A DNA stretch of 64,000 bases from Lophium mytilinum (taxonomy: Eukaryota), in NCBI GenBank assembly GCA_010093605.1, contig MU004184.1, positions 1,808,801-1,872,800 of the forward strand, in the 5' to 3' direction. The translations under genes were made by a program, and so were the position numbers. The notes beneath the pieces are model-generated. The model saw only the letters and a list, made by a program, of their open reading frames with translations. It made no database searches and had not been told where the DNA came from. Positions 58,161 through 64,000 of this stretch are shown piece after piece; position 1 is the stretch's first letter; the number at the start of each line of letters is the position of its first letter.

Positions 58161-61100
58161 TGCAGCTACTTGGAGGGTGTAGAAGAAGAAAAGATGTAAT
58201 TAGCTTTCTTGAGATGACGTGAGTTGAGTAATACTCGTCGGGCGTTGTTGGAAGTGGAAAGCACGAAACAGGATCTATTCGTAGGGGGTTGCCAAATGAA
58301 TGAGAATTGGGTATTGAACAAAAACGTATTGAGTGAGAAATTGATAGAGTGCTTCGACGCGGATTAGACGCGATGATAAGTACTTTAAGATGGCTGGTAG
58401 CTTAAAAGGGGACCCAGTTATTGCAATGCGTCTAAACGTGCTGCCGTGCTCCCAGGAGCAGAATAGCAAAGCGTTTTCAGAGTTGGTATGGTAGTTCTTC
58501 TCTTTTTGATCTACGAAAAGAGAGCTAGTTGACGTGCTGGGCGTGGGTTTGGAAGGGTTCTCCGCAATGAGGGGAAGTTTCTCCGAAGTGGGGAAATTCA
58601 CGCCGAGAGCAGTCCTCAAAACCTCCTCACGGCTACACCAAACATGATAGTGACAGCGTTCCACGCATATCATTCTATAATCTTGATGAGTCAAAACGAA
58701 ATTCTGTGTAAATTAGTGGTTTGTTCCTAAACTCAGAAGGTCAATTAAGTTGCATGGTTGAGTTGTCATCCCCTTCGTAGAAGTAAAAGCTCAAGAAGTT
58801 GTTGACTTCTGCCAATATTATGGTAGTGGTCTTGGTGGGTTCACCGCAAAGTGTACGTGACATTGCGTGAAGTGCTTTCTAGATCAACGATATTCGATCG
58901 TGCCCGTGTACGTAGTTTAGAGTCAGGCTAGAGAGGCGCACCAATGCCTAAATGCAACTCCTCTTCGGTGTTGAACGACGGAGAGCCCTGCTGTAAGATT
59001 GTCCAAATGATAAAGGTCCCCAAGTGAAGTTCACACTATGAGAGGAACAATTTAGAGTGCTCCAAGTCGCTAATCAAGACTTACTCAATGTAGTATTGAG
59101 AATTTGGGAAACCAACGATATAGTAGCAATCGTGAAAGACGATAATTGAAAGCGGAGAAGACGTAGTATGCATATAGAGTATGTTGCAACAGCACTTCCC
59201 AGCCTGATATCCACAGCTGTAACAGCAGATAATCAGATTTGATCGACACGTCATGCTGTTATCGAGAAAAGGGGTAACATAGTCGATGCGACCTCGGAGA
59301 ATATCGCATCGATCAAAACCTACGACCGAGTCGGGTCAATGCCATACCAGCAAGGTTTCACCTTAAAACGCCTGAAGTACTATTTACATCTAGCGCCAAT
59401 GGCCGTTCCCCCACAGAGCCTCGTGGTTCACGTGACACTGTTGAGCAACGGTACACCAGCGGCTGTCCTGCAGTGAAAGTGTAACGGCTACAAGAGGAGT
59501 GTCTCATTGGCTTCTCCCGAGGCAATGTTTGTGCTCACGCAACCTCAACTCGTGGATGACACCTGTAGGTTATCTAGCCTATCCTCAGCCACGGGTTTGG
59601 GGTGGCATATCGGGGACGCTTCGGTGTACATCACTGAACCCCCCAAGAGAAATTCGCTCTAATATCCTCGGGCATGGCCTAATCTGTCGGTGAAACTCGC
59701 CCAGATTCTTTTTTAGTACTGTAACCCGTGATGACTCAAGTCAACGTGCATCTTCCTCGGCTGCATGACTGAATTCATGCCGTAGTGAAGGGAGCCGGGT
59801 CATGGTGGTCTCTAGATGGTTAACGAACAGGATAAGTCCTCTGGAGAAGGGATACCTCGGAACATATCTGGAGATCGGTGTTAGATATAGATGCTGTTGG
59901 TAGTCTAGGCTTCCATCTTCAGAGAAAGTCGACATGTATAAGCTCGAAGTCGAGACTCGGTCATGGTAGAATGACAAGCCCCGACGGAGGAGCTGCTCCT
60001 ACTGCAATGTGACTAGGGAGCTGCACTGTGATTTGCGATACCCGAATGATTGGCGGGTGGTTGGTGCTGGGGCACACCCCCAACACTGTGGCGGCAGGCC
60101 TCGTCCAGCAGGAGGGCTGTAACTCGACGCGTTTGGAGCCGAATGGCACGATAATCTCCGAGCACGACGCGGGGAGCGCGCTGGATCCAACGCTCATGGC
60201 GTCTTTGGGAGGCTGTTGGTGTTTGCATCGACGCCATGGTCAACCACCTGCCCACGCCGTCGTCGCTGACGCTGATCTTTCCGATGCGAGACTACTGTGG
60301 GAGGCACAGTTCGCCGAGAGCTCTCCGCAAATTGGATCGTGTGTCTGCGCCGGCTGGTGTCCCGCGAGCACTGGCTGGCGGGCTCTGGCGTGGTGCTTGG
60401 CCTCTGCGAGATAGCAACCCCGTGGGCAGGGGGCACTGTGCGGATGAGCCCTTATGCAGGCTGGTGGGGTGTATAGAGGTGAAGCTTGACATCGGACGGG
60501 TGGGTGCATGCAGGGCGTCTGACGTAGAGGCAGCGGATGCAGGATAGATGAAGATGTTCTCTTGGAGTTCTACGGACAGCGGCACCCGCATCTCGATATC
60601 GCTAACGATGCCGGCCAAGGGGCCTTGGGCCCAAAGAAAGGAGTCGGGGCGCGGCAGCTGGCAGTTGCAGGTGTCCGGGGAGGGCTTGGCCGATCAGCTT
60701 TAGACAGCAGCCGGGTCGATTTCCAGGGGCATTTCTGCAAAAAAACCGTTTTGGGCTAACGGTACCACGCAATCAACGGCCTCTTTCTCTTCTGCCTCCT
60801 GTCCGCTCCCATTCCCGTCCCGAGCATCCTCTCACGCGCATATCACGACTCCCGCCCGCGACTCCCGCCACCAACGTGCCCGGCAGAACCAAAGGTGCGA
60901 GTAGGGCCGCGGAAGAGACGGTTGAAGCGTAAAGCACCACACCTGAGCCCAAGCTCTCCGTTCCCTGCACGCCTCCCACGGCCTTCCTTGTCCCTGCAGC
61001 TCGCGACCACGCTCCTTTACTCTTGTCTGCATCTTCACCTCTCCATTCACAACTGCCCACGTCGGCCTGCCCTCTCAACGTCAACCCACGATCCCTGACT

Positions 61101-61407
61101 CGACACGCCTCGCGTTCCTCCAAAGCGTCACGCCATCCCCATCCTCGAGTCCGCTGCGGCCGTGGACGTGCGTTGTGCAGAATCCTCTACTTCCGTGCCC
61201 GCAAGGAACGCCCCGTCTTCGTGATACCTTCCCCACGACGCTTCTGCAACGGCTGCGTCGGCCATTGACCTCTCGTACCCTGCCGCCAGGGTCTCTACCG
61301 CCCGAGGATATGACCACGACGAGGTAGACTCGAGATACACTTTTCAGGGCACTCGGCTTGCTTAGCCCTGAGCTCGTAGCGCTGAAAGACCAGTCAAAAG
61401 AAACACC

Positions 61408-64000
61408 ATGGCGACCACCCTACCACGACCATCGCGCCCGTCGCTGAATCCACCTACTGGCCCTCTGCCCTCGCTGCCCGTCCCAAAATCCAGGAAGAGC
61501 TCGGTAGGCTCCATCAACGAATCTTCCGTCCCGAGCAGGCGGGGCTCCGGCGCGTCGCTGCTTCCTTCTACCACACGAGCTCTGTCCTCATCAGCTCTGC
61601 CTCAACGCCCCCCCAGGGCCCAATCCAGCTCGACTTCGAATGTGCCGACCTTGACTGCCAATGATTCACCACACATGCTCCCCCCGGGCAAGGGCCTGCG
61701 AAAGACAATCAGCATCGGAGCCTTTCCTCAACCTCCCAAGTACGTCGGACGGAATTCGAGCCATCCACCCAGCCCCCTCTCCACGAGTTCAACTCCCGCT
61801 GGTGCTTCTCTCGACCAACGCGTCTCCGCTGGCCCCAAAGCTGTGCCTTCGCGAGATAGTAGCCTGAGAATGAAGAGCCCTCGACTTTCAAGTCGAGGAG
61901 GCGGGCTAAAGTCGCCACTGACGCCTCCAAGCCTCGCCGGCGAGAGCAGAACAGCACCAGGAAACACCATGCTCACCCTCCCTTCCCCTCCTCAGAGTCG
62001 AAATTCGTCAGCGCAAGACTCATACGCGACGAGCTTCGAGGATATCAACGAGGAGGAGCCGAGGGGTCGCGCAGACAACAAGTCGGGAACAGACAGACAC
62101 TCAACACACAAGGAAGGGAAGGGAAATGTGATTGTCAGTGTTCGCGTGCGGCCTGACGCTAGTATCAACGACGGGAAACATGACGAGTGGGAAGTCAACG
62201 CCAAAAAGTCGTCAGTGGCTTATAGAGGGCGGGAAGGCGGGGACTATGTTTATGGTGGGTTACACGCAACTGCACGTGTTCTGATCGGGATCTGACTTGA
62301 GACACAGACAATGTTTTCGACACGCAAGACAACAACGCACGAGTGTACGACGCAGCCGCGAAGCGTTTAGTGCGACGAGTGATGGAGGGTTATCATGGAA
62401 CAGTCTTCGCATACGGCATGACGGGCACTGGAAAGACCTTTTCCATGCAAGGTACCGCAACCTCCCCAGGTGTCATTCCACTAGCTATCACGGACATTTT
62501 CTCTTTCATTCGAGAGACTCCAGACCGCGAGTTTCTTCTCAGAGTAAGCTATCTTGAGATCTACAACGAGAGGATTCACGATCTGCTATCCTTGTCGACT
62601 GCTACTGCGATGAATGGTACTCTACTACCACAAGAAGAAATCAAACTCCGGGAGGACAGCAAGCGCGGAGTCTACGCCACTCCTCTCAAGGAAGAGATTG
62701 TACAGAGCCCTACACAACTTCTGCGCGTCATTGCCAGAGGTGACAACGCGAGGAAGGTGGCTGGAACTCAGTACAATGCACGCAGTTCTCGCAGTCACGC
62801 TGTGGTCCAGATCGTTGTGGAAAGCCGCGAGAGACAGCCACCAGGAGGTACGAGCTTGCAGGACAGCAAGCGATCTGCAATTGCTCCAGGAGGAGTCCGT
62901 GTCTCTACGCTGAGTCTCATTGATTTGGCGGGATCCGAGAAAGCAGCGGAAAACAAGGAGCGAAGAACTGAAGGTTCCCACATTAATAAGAGTCTGCTGA
63001 CATTGGGGACTGTCATCGCGCGCCTCTCGACGGACAAGGAAAAGGCCGATGCGGGCAAGGCAGGGGCAAAAGGAGACAAGCATTTACCTTACAGAGACAG
63101 CAAGCTCACTCGACTCCTCCAGGGCGCTCTCTCTGGAAATTCTCTTGTTAGTATTCTATGTACGATTCAGATCGGTTCTACGGGCAGCGTTGCCCTTGCC
63201 AACAGTCACACTGGCGAGACGATCAACACTCTAAAATTTGCTTCGAGAGCCAAGAATAATATTGTAAGCCACGCAAAGAAGGCGGAAGACGGTCTTGGGG
63301 AGAGAGCTCTTCTTGATCGGTATCGCATAGAGATCCAGGAGCTCCGCAAGCAACTAGAAGAGAAGTCGGCGAAAGAATCGGGAGAGGTGGTCAAGGAGGT
63401 CATCATAAGAGAAGTCTTGAAAGAGGAGGAGAAGGAGAAAGACGAAGAGGAGGAAAAGGCACGGGAAATAGAAGCGGAGCAGCGGCACGAGGAGCAGATG
63501 CTCGAGATGCAGCTTGCCAGGACCGCTTTGAAGGAGCGTATCGAGCATCTAAACCGCCTGATTCTCAGCTCCAAGTCGCTGGGAGTGAACTCTGGACGGT
63601 CGTTTTCCTCCATGGGCCTACACAACCCCACCCACAACCGTGGGTCGATATTAAGCAACAGCGATTTCCGGCCTGTATCAGCAAGGTCTTCGGCGAGCCA
63701 TTCTGCACTCGAGGTTCCTGCCGTCAATAGAACGTCGTCGGGAGGCTCAGGCGGCTCGTTTCCGTCCCCTCCAATCGGCACAGCAGTTGGGGAGACGCCG
63801 TCCGAAGAGGATGACTCTCTAGGCGAGAATGGAGATGGCACAGCCAGCCAAGCGGCACAGATCCGGGCATTACAGGCGGACCTCTCTGACAAGAACCGCT
63901 ACATTGGTACGCTTGAGAAGAGATTACTACAGGCGAGGCGATCAAGCCAGTCACGTGTTTCGATGAGCCTGTCTCACAAGGTGATTGGGGGCGACGAGGG
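61408..64000 (+). CDS. KIP2: Kinesin-7 family motor (Kip2/KipA/Tea2); runs off the window end
   Basis: Long S/P-rich N-terminus, then GNVIVSVRVRP, YGMTGTGKTFSM P-loop, SYLEIYNE, SSRSH, DLAGSE, HINKSLLTLG, HLPYRDSKLTRLL and a coiled coil; intron ~62255-62307. Confidence 0.95.

Noticed and set aside
58275..61400. Numerous overlapping 60-140 aa ORFs between COMT and the kinesin
   Set aside because: No motifs or coherent exon structure. More likely a long divergent promoter/5' UTR region.
1..64000. Starship captain (DUF3435 tyrosine recombinase) or intact transposase
   Set aside because: No ORF with recognisable recombinase, DDE transposase, Rep/helicase or reverse-transcriptase motifs in this window.

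Overview
Gene-dense, intron-containing DNA from a filamentous ascomycete (probably Dothideomycetes/Pleosporales-like; inferred from gene content and intron style, not from a database search). Housekeeping genes are 2-methylcitrate dehydratase, SHB17, RPT4, NAT9, an ERG26-like dehydrogenase, SHR3, UTP13, a catechol O-methyltransferase and a Kip2/KipA kinesin. They flank an accessory-looking block (~26.5-53.8 kb) with a PTH11-like protein, a core-less tailoring set (TRI7-like acyltransferase, MFS pump, P450, lipocalin-like protein) and a small Zn2Cys6 TF/SDR/cytochrome-b trio. The standout is a 6-exon, ~2246-aa fungal NLR-like gene at 42021-49089. It has an intact patatin phospholipase, a degenerate NACHT, an intact NACHT and, in place of the usual TPR/WD40/ankyrin sensor, an in-frame Vip1/Asp1 (PPIP5K) module whose kinase and pyrophosphatase catalytic residues are substituted while the kinase-side inositol-phosphate-binding basic residues are kept. 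It is a candidate integrated decoy or inositol-pyrophosphate sensor. Also present: a full 5S rRNA gene with an inverted, truncated copy; a possible unannotated Pol III ncRNA; a 161-bp tandem array with a RIP signature; and ~95-bp TIR-bounded repeats. Exon boundaries were read by eye, and protein family calls come from motif recognition only.
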